DNA from: Pseudovirgaria hyperparasitica | Lineage: Eukaryota | Direction: 5' to 3' (one strand) | Assembly: GCA_010093815.1 (NCBI GenBank) | Contig: ML996596.1 | DNA: 20,000 bases | Part shown: in pieces, positions 1 to 10,430 of the stretch | Layout of the letters: the number at the start of each line of letters is the position of its first letter | Position numbering within the stretch: the stretch's first letter is position 1 | Notes under the pieces: model-generated | What the model was told of the DNA's origin: nothing | What the model saw: the letters and a program-made list of their open reading frames with translations, nothing else | The model's database searches: none | Made by a program: the position numbers and the translations under genes

Positions 1-231
1 CTACTACTAGGTAAGGCGATTTCCCTAGATTAACGTCTATATATCTATTATAACCTTATAGAATAGATATCTAGTATAGAGTACTAGGTTAAGAGAATTA
101 GATTAGCGCTATAGAAAGTAATTCTACTATATCTACTAGCTAATACGCTCCTACTTATATCTATAATAGCTAAGCCGAGATCTACGCCTAGTAGTAATAT
201 TCTAGACTAGAGTCTACTTATCTTTAATAGT

Positions 232-309
232 ATAACTACTATAACCACAACTACTACAACTATAATTACTATAACTATAACTATAACCTTAACTATAACC
301 ATAACCTCT
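232..309 (-). repeat. Low-complexity hexamer-like repeat, probably an ancestral Arg-Gly (RG/RGG) tract in RepHel
   Basis: Minus strand reads AGA GGT TAT GGT TAT AGT TAA GGT TAT AGT ... TGT GGT TAT AGT, consistent with (CGT GGT)n eroded via CGT>TGT>TAT and GGT>AGT. It is in frame with the Helitron motifs. Confidence 0.6.
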
Positions 310-1375
310 CTCTAGAATAGCTATAATCTACTTATAGTAGTCTACGCCTTAAGAATAATAGAGATTCTAGTATATAGAGTAGTTCTAGTTCTACTCTAGC
401 GATCTATACGGAAAGAGTAGTAGAAAGTATATTAGAAGATATATTATATAGAGGTTACTTATCTAGTATAGAGTACTATCTATATATTAGAGTATAATAA
501 TATTATACTACTCTATAACTAGCTTACCCTATAGTCTAACTAGGAGGAGTTCTATAATCTTATTATAGTTTAGTATATTCTATCTCCTTAGGTTATGGTT
601 ATAGTCTTTAATAATACTAATACTAAGACTAAGGGTAGGCTAGTCGCGTAGTATTTATATATTTATACGAAATGTCTAGATAAATAGATTTATTTAGTAG
701 AGAACCTCCTTAATATACTATAGAATATTTTATAGAGATTCTAGAACGTAGTATAACGTAACCTACCCTACTTAGTCTAGTTATTATAGATATATAGCTA
801 TATATACTTTAGGTCGTCGTGGTTTAGTTATAGATTACTTATAAAATAGAGAAGCTTACTCTTTATAACTAGAGTATATACGTCTTAATAGCTATTCCTT
901 AGAAGAGTATTCTATAGTATACTATTCTTAATATTAATCTTTATAGAAATAAATAATACTAACTAGTTATAGTATCGTATACTCTATTAGAACTTCTCTA
1001 TTATATAGTTCTTAATAGTAGTACTATTCCGGGTCTATTATATCTATAAGAGAAGCTAGCGTAAGACTAGAGGATATTTAGATAGTACTAGAATCTATAC
1101 TTTACTATTACTATAGTAAGGTATCTAAATCTCTCTATTTACTCTTATTACTAGAATCTCTTTATACTAGAAGGAGATATTATAGAACCTATATAACGTA
1201 CTTAGACGGTAGAGAATATACTAAAAGTTACTTATAATAGAGTAGATAATACGGGTATATAGAGTAGCTAGCCTAGGTTTATAGTAGTAGGTACCTATTA
1301 TATAGTATAGTACTTAATTATTTACTACTTCGCGACGCTAATATATAGATATTTAGTATATCTAGAATTAATATT

Positions 1376-1690
1376 ATAGTATCTACTAGAGGGGGTCTAA
1401 GGAAGACTTCTAATTATAATATAACTATTAGTATAGGGTACGGAGTACACGTTACTAAGATAGTAACTCTAGCCTTATAATATACTCTATCTAAGAACGA
1501 CTTTATAGTATTTACTAGAGAGTATCTAAGGAAGAGTTCTAGTTATAACGTGACTACTAGTAAGAGATAGACGGTATCTATTATTAAGATAGCGATTTCT
1601 ATATTATAATAATTTAACTCTCTCTACGTAAATAACTTTATAGTATCTACTATAGAGAGTCTAGAGAGGAGTCTTCCTCTATAACTAAAG
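1376..1690. repeat. Degenerate tandem repeat, units starting at 1376, 1505 and 1640 (periods 129 and 135 bp)
   Basis: Unit starts: atagtatctactagagggggtctaaggaagacttctaattataa / atagtatttactagagagtatctaaggaagagttctagttataa / atagtatctactatagagagtctagagaggagtc. Both periods are multiples of 3. Confidence 0.7.
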
Positions 1691-2603
1691 GTAGCTATTA
1701 TAGAGTAAGTATAAGTTCTAATTATAGTATAGAAGGAGTTCTAAATATATTATCTAGTAGGTATTTATCTATTATAATACTTACTAATCTATCTATAGAA
1801 CTATCTATTATCCGGGACTATCGTAGATTAAATTAAATTAGCTTTTAAATAGATTAAGGTCTAGCTAGCTATATACTAAAGAGCGTACGCCGTAGTATAT
1901 ATAGAAGGCTATTAGTATAGTATAGAGTTATTTAGAGAGTATTTAGATTACTTACGACGTAGTAGAGTAATAATTAGAAGGTATTATAGAGTTAGTAATA
2001 ACGTTAGCGGCTCTAGCTCTTAAGATATAACTATTATAGAGGACGGGGTATAAAGAGAATAATAGTTTAATATTATAGAGGACTAGAGGGAAGAAGTTAG
2101 TATAAATACAACCGTAATAAAGGGACTTAGAAGGATATAAGTAGAAATTAGTATAGAGTATTCTAGTCTATTATAGAGCTAGTACTTAGTAAGAAGGCTA
2201 GTAGAGATAGTAATATATATTACTATAACTTTTAAATATTTATATTCTTTCTCTTTATTTATAGTAGTATAGTAGATATATAGAGAAAGAGAATAGAGGA
2301 AGAGAATAGAAGAGGAAAAAAAAAGGCCTTAGGCATGCTAGAAGATTAATACTCTATACTAAGATATATAAATTTTTAACTCTCGAACCTACTACTAAAC
2401 GCGATACTAGAGGCTTATAAACCTATCTCGTCTATAAGTATAGCCCTATAGAGGGTAAAAAGTATATAAAAATACTTATCGTAGATAGGGCTATAAAACT
2501 AGGGACTAGATTTTTAAATTAAGGCCTAGTTAATTTAATATATAGTAAAAGGTGGATTTTTCGTCGTAATTCTAGTAAGGGCGCTAGCGGGCGCTAGATA
2601 AAA

Positions 2604-2797
2604 TATTATATCTTTTTATAATTCCTTTAGAATATTACTATATCTCTAATATAGAGATTATTATACTCTAGATTACCTCTATTCTAGAGTTATCTCTACT
2701 TCTACTCTAGAAGAACGTCTATACCTCTAGAGCTAGAGTAGAATAAGATATATATCTTTCTTTTAAGAAGTCTAAGGGTATATAAAGAATTATTATA
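2604..2797 (+). repeat. Putative 5' LTR of Copia A
   Basis: Starts tattat (RIP of TGTT..), ends ..attata (RIP of ..CA), has imperfect terminal inverted similarity, and is followed by a PBS-like motif. No partner LTR is in the window, so the boundaries are approximate. Confidence 0.45.
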
Positions 2798-2810
2798 TTA
2801 TTATAAGCTA
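2798..2810 (+). promoter_or_regulatory. Putative primer-binding site of Copia A
   Basis: ttattataagct resembles the RIP-eroded GGTTATGAGCC-type PBS of fungal Copia elements; it lies ~120 bp upstream of gag. Confidence 0.4.
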
Positions 2811-2923
2811 GTAGCCTTAGCTCTAAGGGCTCTATAAGACTTATATATAATTAATATATTCTTTTATATCTTATAATATTAAAAGAAGATTATAAATATA
2901 TATTAGAGTCTATCTAAGTAGAT

Positions 2924-4563
2924 ATAGATAACTCTATTTTTAAAATCCCTAAACTAAAGGGTAGTTCTAATTATAAACTATAGGCTTTAAGAATAGAATC
3001 TATTCTAACTAGAGAGAATTATTAAGACTTTATCTATAATAATATAGAGTCTTATTCTAATATAGAAGACTAGCCTTATATACTAGAGAATATAAGAAAA
3101 GCTACTTCTATTATTAGATTATCTCTAGAAGATAGCCCTTTATTATAGACTAGTTCTATTAGTAACCCTTATATATTATAGAATACTTTAAAGAACTTAT
3201 ACTAGGCTATAGGTTTTAGCTCTAAATTTATACTTTCTAAAGAGCTTATAAACCTTAGTATTAATTTCTATAAAGGAAACTTAGAAGACTATCTAAGTAA
3301 TTTTAAGAGAATAGTAAATAGTCTAGAGTCTAAAGCTATTAAACTTCCATCTAAGTTTCTTATAGCTCTATTATTAAATAATCTAAATAAAGATTATAAA
3401 TATATTATAGCTCTTATTACCCAGAATATAAGAGTTAATAATAATAGAGAAATAGACCTAGAACAAATTATTATTTAACTATTAGACGAGTCTAGACGTC
3501 TTAAATCTATTAGAGGTAATAAGAATTATAACTCTAATAGTTCTAAGGAATTAATAGACGTCGAAATGTCTAATAATACGTCTTCTAATAATAATAATAA
3601 GAAGAAGACTAAATGTAGTTACTGTAAAAAACTAGGACACCTAGAAAATACCTATTTTAAAAAGCATTCTAAATTAAAAAAGAATAAGAAGAATAAGACT
3701 ACTAAGTCTAGTAGTTCTATTAATAATAGTATAGAAGACGAATCTTTAGATAAAGAACAAGTCTTAAATACTAAAATTAATACTATTAAAAGTAATAATA
3801 GTATTAACTTTATTCTAGACTCAGGTACTACTATCCATACATGCTATATTAAAGAACTATTTATTAAAAATAGTATTAAACCTACTAATACTAGTATTAG
3901 ATAGGGAAATACTAATAGTTCTATTATAGCTAAATTTAGAGGAGATATTAAAGTCTATTTTAATAGTACTAAAGAACACGTAACTATTAAAGATGTATTA
4001 TATACTCCAGAACTAGGTGTTAACCTTCTTAGTCTAAGTCTAATTACTAAGAAAGGTTATACCCTCTCCTTTAATAAGGAAAATTACTTTATTTATACCC
4101 CTAGTAGAAAATTACTAGCTAAGGGTATATATAAGCAGGGGGTATCTACTTTTAGTACTATAAGCTCTAATAATATACCTCTAGAGTATATAGATAATAA
4201 AATATTATCTACTCTAGATATAGAAGAAGAATTAGAAGATATAGACTTTATTTCTAATAAGTCTAATTCTAAAGAATCTAATTCTATAGAGTCTAATTCT
4301 ATAGAGTCTAATTCTAGAGACTCTAATATAGAATCTAGCTCTAGAGACTCTAATTCTATAGACTCTAATTCTAGAGACTCTAATATAGAATCTAGCTCTA
4401 GAGACTCTAATTCTATAGACTCTAATTCTAGAGACTCTAATTCTATAGACTCTAATTCTATAGACTCTAATTCTATAGACTCTAATTCTATAGAAATTAC
4501 AAAAGATATAGAAGAACCTAGTTCTAATATATCTAAAAATAAAGAGCTTATAGTCTATAATAA
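2924..4563 (+). pseudogene. Copia gag-pol (gag, CCHC zinc knuckle, aspartic protease), RIP-inactivated
   Basis: One frame from ATA(ATG) 2924: IPKLKGSSNYKL*ALRIESIL (Copia gag N-terminus), CSYCKKLGHLENTY (CX2CX4HX4C, last C>Y), FILDSGTTIHTC (protease D-S-G), IKDVLYTPELGVNLLSLS. Includes ORF 3566-3904. Confidence 0.92.
4259..4492 (+). repeat. In-frame 15-bp minisatellite (gactctaattctata/aga) with two 27-bp variant units
   Basis: Direct tandem repeats reading (D/E)SNS(I/R), with a 15+15+27=57 bp higher-order unit seen twice. It lies downstream of the protease in the gag-pol frame. Confidence 0.95.
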
Positions 4564-5103
4564 NNNNNNNNNNNNNNNNNNNNNNNNNNNNNNNNNNNNN
4601 NNNNNNNNNNNNNNNNNNNNNNNNNNNNNNNNNNNNNNNNNNNNNNNNNNNNNNNNNNNNNNNNNNNNNNNNNNNNNNNNNNNNNNNNNNNNNNNNNNNN
4701 NNNNNNNNNNNNNNNNNNNNNNNNNNNNNNNNNNNNNNNNNNNNNNNNNNNNNNNNNNNNNNNNNNNNNNNNNNNNNNNNNNNNNNNNNNNNNNNNNNNN
4801 NNNNNNNNNNNNNNNNNNNNNNNNNNNNNNNNNNNNNNNNNNNNNNNNNNNNNNNNNNNNNNNNNNNNNNNNNNNNNNNNNNNNNNNNNNNNNNNNNNNN
4901 NNNNNNNNNNNNNNNNNNNNNNNNNNNNNNNNNNNNNNNNNNNNNNNNNNNNNNNNNNNNNNNNNNNNNNNNNNNNNNNNNNNNNNNNNNNNNNNNNNNN
5001 NNNNNNNNNNNNNNNNNNNNNNNNNNNNNNNNNNNNNNNNNNNNNNNNNNNNNNNNNNNNNNNNNNNNNNNNNNNNNNNNNNNNNNNNNNNNNNNNNNNN
5101 NNN
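4564..5103. other. Assembly gap (N run)
   Basis: Run of N bases. Confidence 1.
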
Positions 5104-5327
5104 ACTTATAGACTCTATAGTAGAACCTAATAGAACTCTATAGAAGTTCGTGTTTCTAAAGACCTCTAGAAGTTTCTAGAGGGTTCTAGAAACTTCTATA
5201 AGAGTATAGAGTATTTATATATATAAGTAGATAATATTAGTAATATCGATTACTAATATTAAGCTATTCCTAATAAGGAAGTACCTTATATAAACTTATT
5301 AGATATAGTAGAGGTTAAGTTTATACA
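5104..5327 (-). repeat. 3' LTR of Copia B (partial, runs into gap)
   Basis: Minus strand reads ...TTAAGGGGG|TGTATAAAC..., a polypurine tract directly followed by a TG start. The sequence does not resemble 2604-2797. Confidence 0.7.
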
Positions 5328-5336
5328 CCCCCTTAA
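5328..5336 (-). promoter_or_regulatory. Polypurine tract (PPT) of Copia B
   Basis: Plus-strand cccccttaa = minus-strand TTAAGGGGG, abutting the TG LTR start. Confidence 0.7.
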
Positions 5337-5367
5337 GTTTTATAAGGTATCTATATATATAAATATA

Positions 5368-5385
5368 TATAGAATAATATAGATA
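5368..5385 (+). repeat. Left target-site duplication of LINE copy 1
   Basis: tatagaataatatagata (5368-5385) vs tatagaataatataaata (10669-10686): 17/18 identical with one G/A transition. Confidence 0.85.
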
Positions 5386-5658
5386 AATCTATAGAGGCTT
5401 ATACCCTCACGGACTAAACTAGTTAATTCGGGGTAATATAGCGATCTATATACATTAAACGATAGAGTATACCGAGTATAATAACCTCTAATACACGTAC
5501 GTACGTACAGCGTATAATATACGACGATACTAACGTATAGAGACGCTATATATATACGCTCGAAGGCTCTTCGATAACACGAGTAAAGACTATCTCTAAT
5601 AAACGCTAATACGCTAACCCCCTTTTTATTAGTTACGGATAGCCCTTTACTAATAATT

Positions 5659-7143
5659 ATAGCGGCCTTAGGCACCGACGTACCTCGGCTTCTACTAGGT
5701 ATACCCCTAATACTAGTACGGTAGAAACGGCTATATAGCGGTATATCCTAGAATAATCAAACCCCCGTCTAATAAACAACGAATAACTAAGGGCGTATAA
5801 TACTATAGATAATAGAGACGGAGGGGACCCCGCCCGGGGAGACCCTCCTAGATAAGATTAACTACTAGGTAGCACGTATAGAGGGGGAAGTTAAGAAGGG
5901 AGAAACGGCCCTCCTTAGTATCTTCCGGAACCTTATCTAGAATATTAGGGAGCTTACTATAGGAGTAAAATAGACGCCGGAACTAGACCCGGAATCTAGA
6001 CTAGATCGTATAGAGGCCAGCCTATAGAGGATCTAGAAGGGCCTTACCTAGGGAAAACGCCCTAGTACGTGGGCATAGGTCGCCGCACCTATAAGCGGAA
6101 CAGCCATGTTAGCTAAAACACTAAGGGCACCTACGGACGGGGTATATAGTATATAAGTTACTATCTAGGATAAAGAAGTACTCGTATAAGTCTAGTAAGC
6201 GTCCCTAAAGGATATTATAAATAAGATTAACGAATAGAAAGGGATATAGTTAAATATAGTAGCCGCTAAACTCACTCTAGGAGGTATAGTACTAACTACT
6301 ACTACTAATATAGTCTAGTAGACCATCTCGCGCAACCCGAACGCGATTAATAATATCTTCCCTAGCGTGTCTATCCGCGTAACCACGTACCCGATATAGG
6401 TATATACCGTCCCTATCCGAGGACACGTTATTAGAGAAGACGATATTAAGCGAATAGAGTAATCTAACGAACTAAAGTACCCCGGGATTAAGATCGCGAA
6501 GGCGTAGTAGAAGAACGTCTAAGGGATTAAGATAAAATTAAAAAAGTACTCTACTATAATAGTAGAGCTTAGGGACCCCGCTCTCGCCTATAGAATAATA
6601 TAGGAGGGCTTCCTAGCCGAAGGAGAGCTACTTACGGCAGAACTATAGGATAGGGCATAGGTAATAACGTAATGCTTTAACTATTAAGGATATAGATATA
6701 CTAGGTAGAGGTACTCTTAGAAGACCGTCTATAGGTAGTATAAATAGAGCTATAATACTAAGGAATACCCTTATAAGACGTAGAGCGACGAGACGTGAGA
6801 CAGGGACACCGCTAAGTACTCTAACTATAATAGGAAACACCTATCCTAGTCGGTAACGTATACGAAACGTAAGTAGGTCGTAGAATATATTAACGCGATA
6901 AAGATAAGAGAGGCGAGATAGATATACTAAGCTATAAGGCCCTCGCTACCCTCGCCGCTATCCCTAACTTTACTTATAAATCCGGTAACCACCCCCCGAA
7001 GGGGAGAGGATAACGCGTAATAGTATACTATATAGAGAAAGATAGGCCGACCCCGGGGTATACTTAAAGCCGCTACCACGCGAGGATAATTACGCCTTAG
7101 TACTACTAATATATAGACTTGAACTTTCCCTAGCACCTAATAA
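5659..7143 (+). pseudogene. LINE ORF1 (gag-like nucleic-acid-binding protein), copy 1
   Basis: Single frame: PSTWA*VAAP (6061) and three eroded CCHC knuckles at 6673-6862 (CFNY*GYRYTR*RY = CFNCQGYGHxxxxC; YR*YK*SYNTKEY; YSNYNRKHLS*SVTY). Start ATA GCG (ATG GCG) is inferred. Confidence 0.88.
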
Positions 7144-10100
7144 GGGTATAAGATATACTTATTATTATATAGGCGAACGTATAATATAAACGAGAAAACT
7201 AAGCGACACTCCTAGAAGAGATAGGAGCCGTAATAATAGCTATCTAGAAACTATATAAACACTACTAAACTAATAAGCTAATAATATACCTAGGATACTA
7301 TACCATCTACCCCACGGGCCCGGATAGGAGAGTTATATTTTATATATATAAGTCGATCCCGCTCTTAGAATGGTCTTATACCGAACGTAATAATCTCCGG
7401 ATAATACTATATCTCTAGATAAGTATAGGGCCTCTCTATATCTATTATATCTATAATTAATAGCGATCGCTTACGCTAGATGATATACTCGAGAGTACTA
7501 TGACGCCGGGATAACATATCCTCCTAGGCGACTTTAATCTCTACTATAGGTAGTAGGGAGGCCTAGCCGTCGCGAGAGAAGAACTTAGAGTAAGGGAACT
7601 ATATATATAGTACTATGACTTTCTATACCTCCTTATACCTATAGGGTAGATTACCTAGAGGAAACATAAATAGGATAAGGACGGGTCTACGCTCGACCTT
7701 ACCCTCGCTACCGAGTACATTAGCCATAGAGTATAGTACTACCGCCCGAGCCGGATATAGACGGACTCCGACCACGAATATATAGAAACCATAATAGACG
7801 TCTCTACTCTTAACGAATAACGTGGGAAATAGCTATAGAAGGATACTAATTAGAATAAATACCTAGAGGACCTAGAATCGGCGATTCTAGACCCCTCTAT
7901 AGTCGACGTATCTAACGGCCTAGCTATAGATAAGGCCGTATAAGTCCTCCTTTAAGTATACTAAGCTATAAGAGATAAACACGTGCTATACTAAACGTAT
8001 AGACCCCTAGAAGCAAGGGGTATACCTTAAATGCGAGAGTATAGAAGAGACGCCCGTAGACTATATATACGTGTATACTATATCCGGATAACCAAGACGT
8101 AGGAAGAGTAGAAGAAAGTAGTGTAATATCGTGATAGGGCCCTCCGTAATAAACGACGAAAATAATAGTATATAATTATCGATAAACACACACGGTAAGC
8201 CGTAGGGCTATAGCGTATAGTAAAGTAGGCTAAGGGTATAGACGCGCTAACACCGCCGCTACTAATGCCTCCCCTAATATACTAAGAGAGGATATACTCT
8301 ATAAGCCCGGAGAAGACGGAGATCTTACATAAAGTTATGTTCCCCCTCCTAGAGCTAGTAGACCTATTAGATATTAATAATAGTAAATATCTAGACGTAA
8401 TTAATATCCCTTAAGAGGTTACCGAGGAGGATATACTTAACGCTGTTAAAGTACTCCCGAATAATAAGGTACCTAGACCAGATAGAATACTAAATAGGTA
8501 CCTTAAACGTACTATACTAGCTACCCTACCGCTCATTAGTTATATATTTTAAGTATATATTAAGAACGGATACCACCCCTAAAGCTTCCGGGCCGTCTAT
8601 ACTATTATACTCCCGAAACTAGGGAAGAACCCTAGCTCCCCGAAAGGATAGAGGCTAATTACCCTTCTCTCCTATCTTAGAAAGATACTAGAGGCTACGA
8701 TCGCGAAGAAGATAAGCGCCGTAGTATAGGAATATAACCTCCTCCTAGTAAACTAGAAGGCGAAGGCTAGAAGCTCCCTAATTACCGCTATCTAATATAT
8801 CCTTAAAGTCGTCTAGACCGTATAGAAGTAGGGACGTATAGTAACGCTACTCTCCCTCAACATGGCCGGCGCATTTAATAAAGTAAACCACACAAGACTT
8901 ATCTATAACTTACAGAAGAGGCGTATACCCGCGTAGATTACGCGGTTTATATAGTCCTTCCTCGCCGAAAGAGTTACCTAGATATATATCCCCGGATATC
9001 GAAGTAAGTATAAGAAGACGGCTTACGGTATTCTATAAGGAAGTACTATCTCTCTAATCCTCTTCCTCTTCTTTACTATAGACCTCCTCTAGGGAATATA
9101 ATATATAGAGGTAGTAGGATACGTAGATAATATATACCTTCTAGCTATTAATAATAACACTAGCTAAATATATAGACGACTCGAATAAGACCACGGGAGA
9201 TATATCTAATGGGTAAAGCGCCATGGAGTAAAGTTCGCCCCCGAAAAGTACTAACTTATATACTTTATTAACCGCCGTAGGAAATGGGCTACTAGGGAAG
9301 GCGAGCGACGCCCTAGAATAGATGCCTTCGACGAACCGCCGATATAAAGTATACACGTACTTAGCGTTATAATTAATAATAAGCTTAAATAGGGACCATA
9401 GGTAGTATACGCCGTTTCTAGGGCCCTCTAGGTAGAAGCCGCTATATACTAGATTACGGTCTCTACGTGGGAAACCGCCCGGGATAAGGCACGCTAGCTA
9501 TATATATCTATAGCACGACCCGCCTTCACGTACGGACACGAGTACTAGTATATAGCCCTTATATAGACTAGGCGAATAAAGCTCGAATCCATATAGAACC
9601 GTATACTCCGTCTTATATTAGGCGTATATAAAGCTACTAACACGGTGCTACTACGACGCGAGATAGACGTTATAAATATATATAACTTCTACTAGATATA
9701 GAGGGTGGCATACTTTACTAAATAATAAGTATAGAAATATATAGGAAATATAGAATATACCTTCGCCGTGCTACGCGCGTAAGTTAGCGTATACTACTAA
9801 GTACTCTTATATATAGGCCGGACTCGACTATGGTATAAGTACCCGATAGAAATAGACTCGAACTAAGTAGTATAAGAGATTAAGAATAATCTAGATACCC
9901 TTCTAGACTAATAGAGCCTTTAAGAGCTCGGACGAAGTATATAGTTATAGATCTAAGATAAGTAGAAAGAGATACTCTAGGCCTAGTGGGCCTTCTAGTA
10001 GAATAGATACCTAGAGTAGATCTAAGGACCATGGAAGGAGCCGAGTAAATAGATATATAAAGGGCTTATAAAGGCCTAGGTATCTATACTTCTCTAAGCC

Positions 10101-10430
10101 TAAACGGGCGCTATAGAACTTCTATACTACCTCTATAAGAGAGGCGTCCCCGACGTGTCTCTATAGTATAAGGCGTATGGCCGGAGAGGTATAATACGCT
10201 ACTATCTTATAATGTACCCTAATCTTTACACGTAAAGGTAGAAGCTTATCTATACGATAAGAACCTCCGATATCGTACGATGGCTTAATAAGTACCCTAA
10301 GGACGTCGCCCGGTAGATAATTATATACCTACTACTCCTCTAATTCTAGTAGACCCGGAAATATATACTAGAAGAAACCCGGTATATATTAGAGGAAACC
10401 CGGTATATACCGGAAGAACCCCTTAACTAA
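7140..10430 (+). pseudogene. LINE ORF2 (AP endonuclease, reverse transcriptase, C-terminal CCHC), copy 1
   Basis: Single frame: II*ANV, IAI*KL (IQEP), LLGDFNL, STLDLTLAT, DSDH; KVPRPDRI (KAPGPDGI), ILPKLGK, *RLITLL, LSLNMAGAFNKVNH, GIL*GSTISLILF, GYVDN at 9117 (YxDD), FAPEKY; YKAYGRRG...RYYLIMYP (CX2C...H...C) at 10167. Confidence 0.95.

Larger units (their letters stand above)
1..2270 (-). pseudogene. Helitron Rep/helicase (RepHel) gene, N-terminal part, RIP-inactivated; continues off the window's left end
   Basis: Minus-strand translation with RIP reversed gives the ordered Helitron N-terminal motifs. These are CxxC...W (~1195-1165), YYSNSKV=CCxxGKV (1118-1098), IRYYN*LVLFISI=IRxYNxxxxFxSM (~980-940), LKYI*LYIYN=PKYAQLYIYD (812-783), INLFI*TFR=NPFIQTFR (~693-667), NLRR*NIL..KI=DPRRxNxP..EIA (~594-550), ISNLYIIYLLIYFLLLFPYRSLE*=ISxLHxxYxPxxxPLLFPYGxxGW (462-391) and RYLF..VIIDI*..I*GNRL=GRLFxxxxVD..IxxNRL (~72-13). 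Probable start ATA(ATG) at 2270 (MPPQTKRK-like) is in frame; there is one apparent 1-nt frameshift at ~728-731. Confidence 0.85.
1..2603 (-). mobile_element. Helitron (rolling-circle DNA transposon) relic; termini not visible
   Basis: RepHel pseudogene plus upstream sequence, including a pyrimidine-rich tract on the minus strand at 2282-2324, up to the apparent Copia LTR start. The boundary at 2603 is inferred. Confidence 0.65.
2604..4563 (+). mobile_element. Ty1/Copia LTR retrotransposon A, 5' part (truncated by N gap)
   Basis: Putative LTR, PBS-like motif and a single-frame gag-protease pseudogene with Copia motifs. Confidence 0.85.

Noticed and set aside
232..306. Degenerate telomeric repeat (TAACC-like)
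   Set aside because: There are no CCCTAA units, and the tract lies in frame between conserved Helitron motifs.
2578..2597. gggcgctagcgggcgctag as a Helitron 3' hairpin/CTAG terminus
   Set aside because: It is a short direct repeat rather than a clear stem-loop, lies on the 5' side of the RepHel gene, and CTAG is ubiquitous after RIP.
4259..4492. CRISPR-like array
   Set aside because: Head-to-tail units have no unique spacers, sit in frame within Copia pol, and are in a eukaryotic context.
5659..10430. Alternative genetic code or stop-codon readthrough (TAA/TAG = Gln/Trp)
   Set aside because: Stops co-occur with C>Y, H>Y, D>N, G>R/S and M>I changes and differ between copies. This is explained by RIP transitions, not recoding.
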